Below, piece after piece: positions 18,907-26,706 of a stretch of DNA of 30,879 nt. Position numbers and translations under genes: made by a program. The stretch lies in contig JAYODI010000045.1 in NCBI GenBank assembly GCA_038279365.1, positions 13,831-44,709 on the forward strand, written 5' to 3'. The notes beneath the pieces are model-generated. The model had not been told where the DNA came from. It ran no database searches and saw only the letters and a list, made by a program, of their open reading frames with translations. Position 1 is the first letter of the stretch. Every line of letters begins with the position of its first letter. Source of the DNA: Candidatus Latescibacterota bacterium. GTDB taxonomy: Bacteria > Latescibacterota > UBA2968.

Positions 18907-19116
18907 TTTGCCATTTGCCGTTTGCCGTCTTCCGTTTGCCGTCTGCCGTTTGCCGTCTGCCATTTGCCGTTTGCCGTTTGCCGTTTGCCGTCTGCCGTCT
19001 GCCGTCTGCCGTTTGCCGTCTGCCGTCTGCCGTCTGCCGTCTGCCGTTTGCCGTCTGCCGTTTGCCGTTTGCCATTTGCCGTTTGCCATTTGCCATTTGC
19101 CATTTGCCGTCTGCCG
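18907..19116. repeat. Heptamer tandem array, 30 x T(T/C)TGCC(G/A)
   Basis: 210 bp of uninterrupted 7-bp period. Units are TTTGCCG, TCTGCCG and TTTGCCA, plus one TCTGCCA and one TCTTCCG. Confidence 0.97.
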
Positions 19117-19131
19117 TCTACAATTTCCTTT

Positions 19132-20142
19132 TCACATCTTAAATCGCGCCAAAAACACATCCGAAGGCGTTGGCCTATCCGTCGGCACAGGCAACCACTC
19201 ATGCTGAGAATAATAACTCATCAAAACCTCACCATCTACCCCATGTGCCAATCCTGCATAAGAACAATCACCTGCACTGGGCACCGTTAAAATATGTTTG
19301 GCCTTGTCATCTTCAATTCGCCACACGGAGGTGTGATGGGTGCGATCTGTCCCTTCAAATTTTTGATATTGCCCATCCACCAAATCACTTTCTTGAGATC
19401 GTCCTGCCACAATCCATTGTCCATTCACCTTTAGCACAACAGGTGCATGAATCATCACACCCAAGTCTGACCATGTCCACTCTTTGTAAGGCGCAACACT
19501 GTGTCCAATCCACGAATGATGATCGGGTTCTAACGTGCGAATCACACAACTCAAGCGATCTTCGCCCGTGCGAAACAAAACCGGTTCGCCGGGCCCACCC
19601 CCCGAGCGCATTTGGGTGACCAAATGCCAATCAAACAAATCTTTGCTATACAACAAATGTACCGTGCGCATATCGCGGTCATCGCGCCGACCAAAATGAT
19701 AGGCTGGGCAATAAAAACCCTCTCCGTCTGCATAAATGCGCCACAGCCAATAATTCACACCATACACTTGCCGTGGTGTAGACCAGCACAACCCATCACG
19801 CGACACCACCACATGCGAAATCAAATCGTGTTCGGCATTCAGTACCGTTTTGTCGCCATCGCCCCATCGCGGAAACCACGTGGCAAATACCACAGCCAAA
19901 CGGTCACCCGCATCAATCAACTTGGGGTCACGATCATCGCCACCCGTATCAAAGCGTACGCACATCGTCCACTCTATCAAATCCACAGACCGATAAATCA
20001 CCACATCCCCACCAGGCACAATGCCGTGAGACTGTGCCGTGCGAAACGCCAAATAATAATGCCCATTCCAAAACATCAAATCGGTAAACGCATTGTGATA
20101 CCCATCAAAAAACAATCTTTCAACACTTATCAATTCAGCCAC
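19132..20142 (-). CDS. Hypothetical sialidase/glycoside-hydrolase-like beta-propeller protein
   Basis: HNAFTDL...YYLAFR, DDRDPKL, Asp-box-like SRDGLCW, SVDLIEW and SKDLFDW, and GDCSYAG. Start set at GTG (VAELIS) after GAAAGGG. Confidence 0.68.
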   Translation of the reverse strand: MAELISVERLFFDGYHNAFTDLMFWNGHYYLAFRTAQSHGIVPGGDVVIYRSVDLIEWTMCVRFDTGGDDRDPKLIDAGDRLAVVFATWFPRWGDGDKTVLNAEHDLISHVVVSRDGLCWSTPRQVYGVNYWLWRIYADGEGFYCPAYHFGRRDDRDMRTVHLLYSKDLFDWHLVTQMRSGGGPGEPVLFRTGEDRLSCVIRTLEPDHHSWIGHSVAPYKEWTWSDLGVMIHAPVVLKVNGQWIVAGRSQESDLVDGQYQKFEGTDRTHHTSVWRIEDDKAKHILTVPSAGDCSYAGLAHGVDGEVLMSYYSQHEWLPVPTDRPTPSDVFLARFKM

Positions 20143-20468
20143 AGACCTACCCTTTCTCAAGGTTCCAAATACCAAAAGCGCGTTAGACCCCACCCAAACA
20201 GAAATCAACAAAGTTTTACGATCACCTTTTCAAGGGCCTCTTCAGCGTCAATAATCGGGTGTGCAGAAACGAATGTCAAGCATTGCATTTTCGGGTCTTG
20301 CCTTTCTACTTTGAGCACAGTATGTTTCCCTTCAAGAAAACTTGCCAGAAAGGTCTGATAGATCATCCGTTTTATGTCTTTTATAAACCAGTTGTTCTAA
20401 GAAAAAAGACAAAAAGGAAAAACTTCGTCCGTCTTCTCACCACTCTCTTTTCTCACTTTGGAGCCAAC

Positions 20469-21089
20469 ATGTTCTTTACCCCAGGCAATCATCCCGCCCC
20501 ACTCTCACACGACCCATTTAACGCCATCGTCGTTCCCCGCCCAATTGGCTGGATCTCCACCCTCAGCAAAAACGGCGTCCCCAATTTAGCACCCTATTCC
20601 TTTTTTAACGCCGTTGCCTATGATCCCCCCCAAGTTATGTTTGCAGCCACCAGTGGGCACAAACACGGCGGTCAAAAAGACTCTGTTCAAAATGCACAAG
20701 ACACAGGTGAATTTGTGGTCAATGTGGTCACCTATGCCCTGCGCGAACACATGAATGCTTCTGCGGTGGCAGCACCATCCGATATCAACGAATTTGAATA
20801 CGCCAATCTCACCCAAGAACCTTCCGAATTGCTCAAAGCACCTCGTGTTGCCGAAAGCCCCATTCACCTCGAATGCAAATATACCCAAACCGTGCAATTA
20901 CCAACCGATGACCCTGCTCACCCAAATACAGTCATATTTGGTCAAGTCATCGGCATTCATATTCGTGACACCGTCATCAAAAATGGCAAATTGGATTTGG
21001 CATCCATCCAACCTGTTGGTCGCCTCGGTTACCTCGACTACGCCCACATTACCAAATCCTTTCACATGGATCGCCCCACTTGGCCATAA
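20469..21089 (+). CDS. Flavin reductase-like FMN-binding protein (flavoredoxin/DIM6/NTAB family)
   Basis: VVPRPIGWISTLS...NLAPYSFFN, KDSVQNAQDTGEFVVN, PRVAESPIHLEC and GRLG. GGAG RBS before the ATG at 20469. Confidence 0.9.
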   Translation: MFFTPGNHPAPLSHDPFNAIVVPRPIGWISTLSKNGVPNLAPYSFFNAVAYDPPQVMFAATSGHKHGGQKDSVQNAQDTGEFVVNVVTYALREHMNASAVAAPSDINEFEYANLTQEPSELLKAPRVAESPIHLECKYTQTVQLPTDDPAHPNTVIFGQVIGIHIRDTVIKNGKLDLASIQPVGRLGYLDYAHITKSFHMDRPTWP

Positions 21090-21131
21090 CATCTCCATCA
21101 CAATAACATCTGTGTCTATACAGTGTGTTTC

Positions 21132-21168
21132 AAAGATGACACTTTTGGGTAAGTGTCATCTTTTTTTT
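21132..21168 (+). terminator. Intrinsic terminator
   Basis: AAAGATGACACTT-loop-AAGTGTCATC followed by T8. Confidence 0.8.
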
Positions 21169-21211
21169 ACAGTATTCTCTATTATTTATGCCTTAAATAC
21201 GGTATAATATC

Positions 21212-21228
21212 TTGGCACGCTCATTGCA
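21212..21228 (+). promoter_or_regulatory. Sigma54 (-24/-12) promoter of the TonB-dependent receptor
   Basis: TTGGCACGCTCATTGCA matches TGGCACG-N4-TTGCA with GG-N10-GC spacing, about 65 bp before the ATG. Confidence 0.8.
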
Positions 21229-21294
21229 TATAGGATAATAAAATATCCAATAACCTTTCATTTTTTAAAATACTGAAAGTGAGCCAAAACAAAT

Positions 21295-23595
21295 ATGCAC
21301 ATATATCGCCATCTCATCTTATGCTGTTTTTTATTTCCAACCCTCATCCAAGCCGGTGAATTACGAGGACGTGTCATTGATCGCCAAGATCGGCAACCCC
21401 TCCCGGGTGTCAACATCGTCATTCCCCAAACATCCTACGGCACCACCACAGATGCCAACGGATTTTACAACCTCACAAACCTTCCCTCAGGCACATATAC
21501 TGTTGAATATCATTTCGTTGGATACAAAACCATCTCCATCAACAACCTTTCCATTTCAGATACAACGGCCACTCAAAAAGACATCGCCCTCAAATCCGAT
21601 ACCCTTACACTGCAAGAAATCGTCGTCACACCAGGGCGCTTTTCAATGCTCAAACAAGACCCCGTTGCCCAACAAACCCTTTCCCGGGAAGAAATCAAAT
21701 CCATTCCACAATTTGGTGACGACATCTACCGCGCCGTTACGCGCCTGCCTGGCGTCACCGGAAGTGACTTTTCATCGCGCTTTACCATTCGTGGCGGCGA
21801 ACACGATCAAGTGCTTGTCACCCTCGACGGTTTAGAACTCATCGAACCCTTTCACCTCAAAGATGTCGAAGGCGGTGGCATCAGCATTGTCGATACAGAC
21901 ATCATCGGTGGCATCGACATGATCACGGGTGGTTTTCCCGCAGACTACGGCAACAAACAAAGTGCCGTTATGGAAATGAAAAGTGCCACACCACGCTCGG
22001 GTCAACATTATGCAATTGGGCTCGGGCTTGCCAATGCCCGCCTTTTTGCCGAAGGTGGAAACGAAAATTTAGGATGGCTCATCTCAGCACGGCGTGGATA
22101 TCTCGACCTGGTGCTCAAGCTTATGGATGACGACAACGAAAATTTTCGCCCCGTTTATTACGATCTCTTTGGCAAACTTGTTCACAACATCAACGACAAA
22201 CACAGCGTGGCACTCAACTTTCTTTGGGCCAATGACAACCTCAATTTTCGCGACGACGAAAGAGATAATTACGAATTCTTCAGCACCTACAACAATGGCT
22301 CGGCTTGGTTGGTGTGGCAAGCCACCTTTACCCCACACCTTCACGCACGCACCTTGCCTTATATCGGTTACAACACCACCAAACGCGAAGGCAACACCTA
22401 TTTCACCAGTTTCAACACGCCAAGTTTATATCAACGTGTTGACGACACAAGAGAAACCACGCGGTACGGTATCAAATCCGATTGGACTTACCAAGCACAC
22501 ACACGCCACCTCATACGTTTTGGCTCAGATATCAAACGTCAAAATGCCGAATACGACTATTACAAACAAGACGGTATATTCTTTCTGCGCGATACCACTC
22601 AGGTAAATCTATCCCCCCAAACCACCCAGTTTAGTGCTTATCTATCAGACAAATGGCGCATTGCTGGCCCCCTCACCGCCGACCTCAGCATCCGCTACGA
22701 TCACCACAGTCACACCAAAGAAAATGACATCAGCCCACGTGTGGCACTGGCTTTGCCGATTGGCAACAACACCATCTTGCGCGCCGCGTGGGGGCAGTTT
22801 TACCAAGCCCAAGGCGTAGACGAATTGCCCATTCAATACAACGATCTCAATTTTCGCCGTTCCGAACGCGCCACCCATTACATACTCGGCATCGAACAAC
22901 AATTGCCCGCCAACCTGCAATTGCGTCTTGAAGGATATTACAAAGATCTCAACCACATGCGCGATCGGTATGAAGACATTCAAAACGAAATCGAAATGTT
23001 GCCCGAACTCCACAGCGACATTGCCCACCTCTACCCGCAAACAGGTTACATCCGTGGCCTCGAGTTTTATCTCAAACGCGACACCGGTGGAAAATTCAAT
23101 TGGTGGACGTCTTATACACTCTCTCAAGCACGTGAAACCCACAGCAGTACACTGGGCGGTTTTACCCAAACGATGGGTCGCACATATCCCCAAAAGCGCG
23201 ACCAACGCCACCAACTCTCCATCGACCTCATCTTTCGCCCATCACCCAACTGGAACATCAGCACCGCCTGGATTTACAGATCGGGGTGGCCACACACCGC
23301 CAAACACATTATTGCAGTGCCCAACAACCAAAACACAACCACCAACGTTTTAAACTATGTCGATCTCTACGACGACCGCTATCCCGCCTATCACCGCTTA
23401 GATGTCAAACTCAATCGCCGTTTCACATTCAATGCCTGGCGCTTGCAAACATCCTTAGGTGTTGTTAACCTTTACAGCCGCCGCAACATTCGCGGTTACT
23501 ATTATGGCCTCACCAACAATCGAACCACGCGTGTACAAGAAGCCGAAACTTGGTTTCCACTCTTACCATCATTTACCATCAGTGCCGAGTTTTAA
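21295..23595 (+). CDS. TonB-dependent outer membrane receptor with N-terminal carboxypeptidase-regulatory-like domain
   Basis: Signal peptide; RGRVIDRQDRQPLPGVNI...GTTTDANGFY; TonB-box-like LQEIVVT; plug RLPGV...TIRGG...GGFPADYG; beta-barrel pattern; C-terminal Phe. Confidence 0.92.
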   Translation: MHIYRHLILCCFLFPTLIQAGELRGRVIDRQDRQPLPGVNIVIPQTSYGTTTDANGFYNLTNLPSGTYTVEYHFVGYKTISINNLSISDTTATQKDIALKSDTLTLQEIVVTPGRFSMLKQDPVAQQTLSREEIKSIPQFGDDIYRAVTRLPGVTGSDFSSRFTIRGGEHDQVLVTLDGLELIEPFHLKDVEGGGISIVDTDIIGGIDMITGGFPADYGNKQSAVMEMKSATPRSGQHYAIGLGLANARLFAEGGNENLGWLISARRGYLDLVLKLMDDDNENFRPVYYDLFGKLVHNINDKHSVALNFLWANDNLNFRDDERDNYEFFSTYNNGSAWLVWQATFTPHLHARTLPYIGYNTTKREGNTYFTSFNTPSLYQRVDDTRETTRYGIKSDWTYQAHTRHLIRFGSDIKRQNAEYDYYKQDGIFFLRDTTQVNLSPQTTQFSAYLSDKWRIAGPLTADLSIRYDHHSHTKENDISPRVALALPIGNNTILRAAWGQFYQAQGVDELPIQYNDLNFRRSERATHYILGIEQQLPANLQLRLEGYYKDLNHMRDRYEDIQNEIEMLPELHSDIAHLYPQTGYIRGLEFYLKRDTGGKFNWWTSYTLSQARETHSSTLGGFTQTMGRTYPQKRDQRHQLSIDLIFRPSPNWNISTAWIYRSGWPHTAKHIIAVPNNQNTTTNVLNYVDLYDDRYPAYHRLDVKLNRRFTFNAWRLQTSLGVVNLYSRRNIRGYYYGLTNNRTTRVQEAETWFPLLPSFTISAEF

Positions 23596-23626
23596 AAGCT
23601 CAACCTCATTTTTATATCATCAGGCA

Positions 23627-23668
23627 AAACATCCCTGAATCTATGATCTGATTCAGGGATGTTTATTT
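23627..23668 (+). terminator. Intrinsic terminator after the TonB receptor
   Basis: AAACATCCCTGAATC-loop-GATTCAGGGATGTTT followed by ATTT. Confidence 0.75.
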
Positions 23669-23942
23669 GTTGCAAAAAAACAACACCTGTGCACCACACC
23701 TGACAACGCCGTGATTCATGACAAACAAAACCACAGACAAGACAGTATGAATCATACACTTAATGCAATTTTGTGAACAAATCACACCATTTATCACAGA
23801 TAAAAGTGACAACAACTTTCATCTTCTAAACCACAAAAACCTGAGAGTCCGTCTCAAAAAAAACACAGCATAACAAGTCACCCCAAACCACGAAAAATAT
23901 CTAAAACAATATAAAACAGCACTTTAATTTACGCGCCAAAAC

Positions 23943-23959
23943 TTGGCACACATCTTGCG
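23943..23959 (+). promoter_or_regulatory. Sigma54 (-24/-12) promoter of the downstream envelope protein gene
   Basis: TTGGCACACATCTTGCG with GG-N10-GC spacing, about 57 bp before the ATG, at the end of a long AT-rich intergenic region. Confidence 0.7.
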
Positions 23960-24015
23960 ATAGTCATCATATGTCTAAATCAAAACAATCATTCAACATT
24001 CTAAGGAGCACAAAG

Positions 24016-24603
24016 ATGAAAACCGCTATCACCCTACTCGCCTTGTTGGTCACCTTCTCATTCACAACACAGGCACAAGCGCAAACCAACGAAAGTCTTG
24101 CACCACTGAGAAACACCGACACCTTTGCAAATAGCAAGATTGAAATTTACAAAGACCCATTAATCGCAACCTACCTATCAGCCACCCTGCCTGGTTTGGG
24201 TCAATTTTATGCAGGCAAAAAATTACGCGGTTTTATGTTTTTGGCAGGCATTGCAACAACCTTAGGTGCAGCCAACGCATTTTATGAACCCGCCAAACTC
24301 ACATTGGTTGACTACGACAACACCAACTATGGTGGCAATGGAGATGGTGTGCTCAACGTAAACGAAATTCAAAACTGGGAAGACAACAAATTTGAAAGCG
24401 ATGGCTTCGACCAACTCAGCACCACGCGTAAAGTCGGTGCCATCACGGGTGTTGTGACAGGTGTCGGCCTCTACATTTGGAACATCATCGACGCACGCCA
24501 TCAAGCACACGATTACAACCGCAAACTCGCCCAACGCAAAGTAGATTTAGGCCTTCAAGCTGGGCCAGATCGTGCGGGCTTGGCACTCAATATTCACTTT
24601 TAA
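24016..24603 (+). CDS. Exported/membrane protein, DUF5683/TM2-like
   Basis: AAGGAG RBS and signal peptide ending AQA. KDPLIATYLSATLPGLGQFYAG and YIWNIIDA motifs; C-terminal LALNIHF. Confidence 0.72.
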   Translation: MKTAITLLALLVTFSFTTQAQAQTNESLAPLRNTDTFANSKIEIYKDPLIATYLSATLPGLGQFYAGKKLRGFMFLAGIATTLGAANAFYEPAKLTLVDYDNTNYGGNGDGVLNVNEIQNWEDNKFESDGFDQLSTTRKVGAITGVVTGVGLYIWNIIDARHQAHDYNRKLAQRKVDLGLQAGPDRAGLALNIHF

Positions 24604-24619
24604 ATTTTGCCTTCACGCA

Positions 24620-24662
24620 AAAACCGCCTTGTAGGATAATCTACAAGGCGGTTTTCTTTTTT
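24620..24662. terminator. Bidirectional intrinsic terminator between convergent genes
   Basis: AAAACCGCCTTGTAG-loop-CTACAAGGCGGTTTT. Confidence 0.85.
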
Positions 24663-24689
24663 AACACACGGCTTAATAAACAATCAAAA

Positions 24690-25676
24690 TTAACAAACCA
24701 TCCCACGTTTGGCCCGAATACCATGTGCGGGCGGGTCATCACCAATCCAACGTTCATCTTGTGGTTCAGATGCGAGTTGATAACGTGTATCAGATGAAAG
24801 GCGATATTGATTGGAACAATTATCGGCACTGGCATGCATGATATACATACAAAACACCAACACATCACCCATCTCATAATTAGCAGTCAACCAACGCCCA
24901 CCCAACTCTTCACGCGTGGCTATCGCATCAGAGGAATATGCACCCGAAGCATTCCATTTTATTTTTTGTCGCTCTTCGCCCGTCAACTCACGCCCTTCTG
25001 CTTTGGCCGTTTCGACAAGCACTTGTGCTTCCCCTTCATTTTCACAGTACAAATCCACATCACTCGAACCATATGTGGCTTTTAATTCTGCAAGTTTGTG
25101 TGACCCTTCCAACAAAATCAACCCACCCATATCATAGGGCACATTGCCATAAGGTATCCACGACGTATACAAATTTTTTGTACCACGTCCCATATACACA
25201 ATATCACAATGTGGCGTCGTGGCCGTATGAATGCCAGGGCTTTTGCATCGAAACCATGTATAATCAAAATAGCTCACCGGCCCACCCAAAAAATGCGTAT
25301 AAAAATCGATCATGGGGCCTTCGTGAATCACTTTGTCCAATGGTGGGTTATTGCGCGCCAGCACAGGCATAAACGTTCCCGTTGCACGGCCATCAATTTG
25401 TTCTTTTGGTGCCGCAATGCCATCAATGGCGGGATAACGCTTGTCCAAAACCCCAGCCTTCATCAACCGATTCATCACCTCTTGGCGTGCCGCCACAACC
25501 TCATCCTGATTCAACAAGCCTTTCAAAAACAAATACCCATCATCTTCCATGCGTTGCATTAACGCTTCACGATTGTGCAGTGCATCATTCGACACCCTCA
25601 ATTCACCAAAGTCATCCAAAGAATGTCCCAAACGACGCCCTTGATAGGTCAAATTCAAAACTTCCTCAAAACCCAT
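24690..25676 (-). CDS. Phytanoyl-CoA dioxygenase (PhyH) family Fe(II)/2-oxoglutarate dioxygenase
   Basis: DGYLFLKGLL, HxD motif TPHCD, TSWIPYG, GGLILLEGSH, GDVLVF...MHAS and RLSSDTRYQ. GGAGG RBS before the ATG at 25676. Confidence 0.88.
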   Translation of the reverse strand: MGFEEVLNLTYQGRRLGHSLDDFGELRVSNDALHNREALMQRMEDDGYLFLKGLLNQDEVVAARQEVMNRLMKAGVLDKRYPAIDGIAAPKEQIDGRATGTFMPVLARNNPPLDKVIHEGPMIDFYTHFLGGPVSYFDYTWFRCKSPGIHTATTPHCDIVYMGRGTKNLYTSWIPYGNVPYDMGGLILLEGSHKLAELKATYGSSDVDLYCENEGEAQVLVETAKAEGRELTGEERQKIKWNASGAYSSDAIATREELGGRWLTANYEMGDVLVFCMYIMHASADNCSNQYRLSSDTRYQLASEPQDERWIGDDPPAHGIRAKRGMVC

Positions 25677-25783
25677 ATCATCCTCCATACAAGTATTCTA
25701 AAACGCCAACATAAAAAGCAACCTAAATATACAAATAAAATACCATAGAACCCTGATCAATGGCCAATTAGAAAAAAATGGTA

Positions 25784-25805
25784 AAATGTGACCCAGATCA
25801 CATTC
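25784..25805. promoter_or_regulatory. CRP/FNR-family binding site (CRP-type)
   Basis: AAATGTGACCCAGATCACATTC has a perfect TGTGA-N6-TCACA core and 19/22 identity to the E. coli CRP consensus AAATGTGATCTAGATCACATTT. Confidence 0.65.
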
Positions 25806-25834
25806 CAAATATGAAAAGTAGTATAAATTAATAC

Positions 25835-25968
25835 TAAATAAGAGAGCTACCCCGCTCAGAGTCAGAACACCGCGCGTGTTCACAGACTCCCCACACATAA
25901 ATCAGCACATCCCCTTATTTAAAAAAAGCCCGCAGACTCGGGAGAGAGTCTACGGGCTTTTTATTTTT
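25835..25968. ncRNA. Candidate structured small RNA between phyH and ssb (strand uncertain)
   Basis: Closing stem TAAATAAG/CTTATTTA enclosing two hairpins and a C-rich stretch, bounded by a CRP-type box and a terminator. No credible ORF. Confidence 0.35.
25921..25968. terminator. Intrinsic terminator of ssb, with T-runs on both strands
   Basis: AAAAAAAGCCCGCAGACTC-loop-GAGTCTACGGGCTTTTTATTTTTT. One position is G-U on the minus strand and a C-A mismatch on the plus strand. Confidence 0.8.
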
Positions 25969-25978
25969 TATATCATCC

Positions 25979-26500
25979 CTAAAACGGCAAATCGTCGTCA
26001 GAAGCATAGGCTGGCGGTTCGGGTTCGTGTGAGCCACCACCTTGTTGCCCACCACCATATCCACCACCTTGCACACCCCGAGATGGAGGTGCAGACGGGC
26101 CACCATAGTTGCTGCTATTTCCATCATAACCACCATTGCTACCGCCACCACCCTCCATATCACCACGCCCATCTAACATTTGCATCTCACGGGCCACAAC
26201 TTCTGTGGTATAACGCTTTTGACCATCTTGGCCTTCCCAACTGCGCGTTTGCAAACGTCCTTCAATATAAACCTTGCTGCCTTTTCGCAAATACTGATTG
26301 CAAATTTCGGCCAATCGACCCCAAACCACAATGCGATGCCATTCTGTACGTTCTTGTCGCTCGCTGTTGTTGTCTGTCCAACTCTCGTTGGTGGCAACAT
26401 TAAAATTGGTAACAGCAGCCCCACCCGGCGTATAACGCAACTCCGGATCAGCTCCCACATTACCCAAAATAATCACCTTGTTTACGCCTCCACGTGCCAT
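25979..26500 (-). CDS. ssb: Single-stranded DNA-binding protein
   Basis: [19 protein letters not shown]...TEWHRIV...[16 protein letters not shown], Gly-rich linker and C-terminal DDDLPF. GGAGG RBS. Confidence 0.98.
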   Translation of the reverse strand: MARGGVNKVIILGNVGADPELRYTPGGAAVTNFNVATNESWTDNNSERQERTEWHRIVVWGRLAEICNQYLRKGSKVYIEGRLQTRSWEGQDGQKRYTTEVVAREMQMLDGRGDMEGGGGSNGGYDGNSSNYGGPSAPPSRGVQGGGYGGGQQGGGSHEPEPPAYASDDDLPF

Positions 26501-26575
26501 ACTCGGCCTCCTTATAATAGAGTATTGAATGTATCAGGGATCATGGCACGACCCTGTTGATTATGAATTTGTACG

Positions 26576-26604
26576 AATATACTTTTGTCCATAGGCTTTG
26601 TCAA
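26576..26604 (-). promoter_or_regulatory. Sigma70 promoter of ssb
   Basis: Minus strand TTGACA-N17-TATATT, about 75 bp upstream of the ATG. Confidence 0.7.
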
Positions 26605-26706
26605 GCAAGAGGAATCACAAAAAAAAACCTTAAACACAGCAGAACAAAACATCTTGCAGGTTTTGTTATTTGCCGTTTTTGAAACAACACCTTACATTCA
26701 CGCATT

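Noticed and set aside
18771..19116. Possible CRISPR array
   Set aside because: Repeats are directly tandem with no unique spacers, and no cas genes are present.
18878..19290. Six overlapping ORFs with ANGKRQT / CRLPFAV repeats
   Set aside because: These are translation artefacts of a stop-free 7-bp array; no RBS or unique coding sequence supports them.
20251..20279. TTGACA-N17-GATTAT as promoter of the minus-strand cluster
   Set aside because: The -35 is perfect but the -10 lacks the conserved first T; plausible but too weak to list as a feature.
26544..26560. TGGCACG as a sigma54 -24 box upstream of the GT39 gene
   Set aside because: There is no GC at the -12 position (it reads TT).
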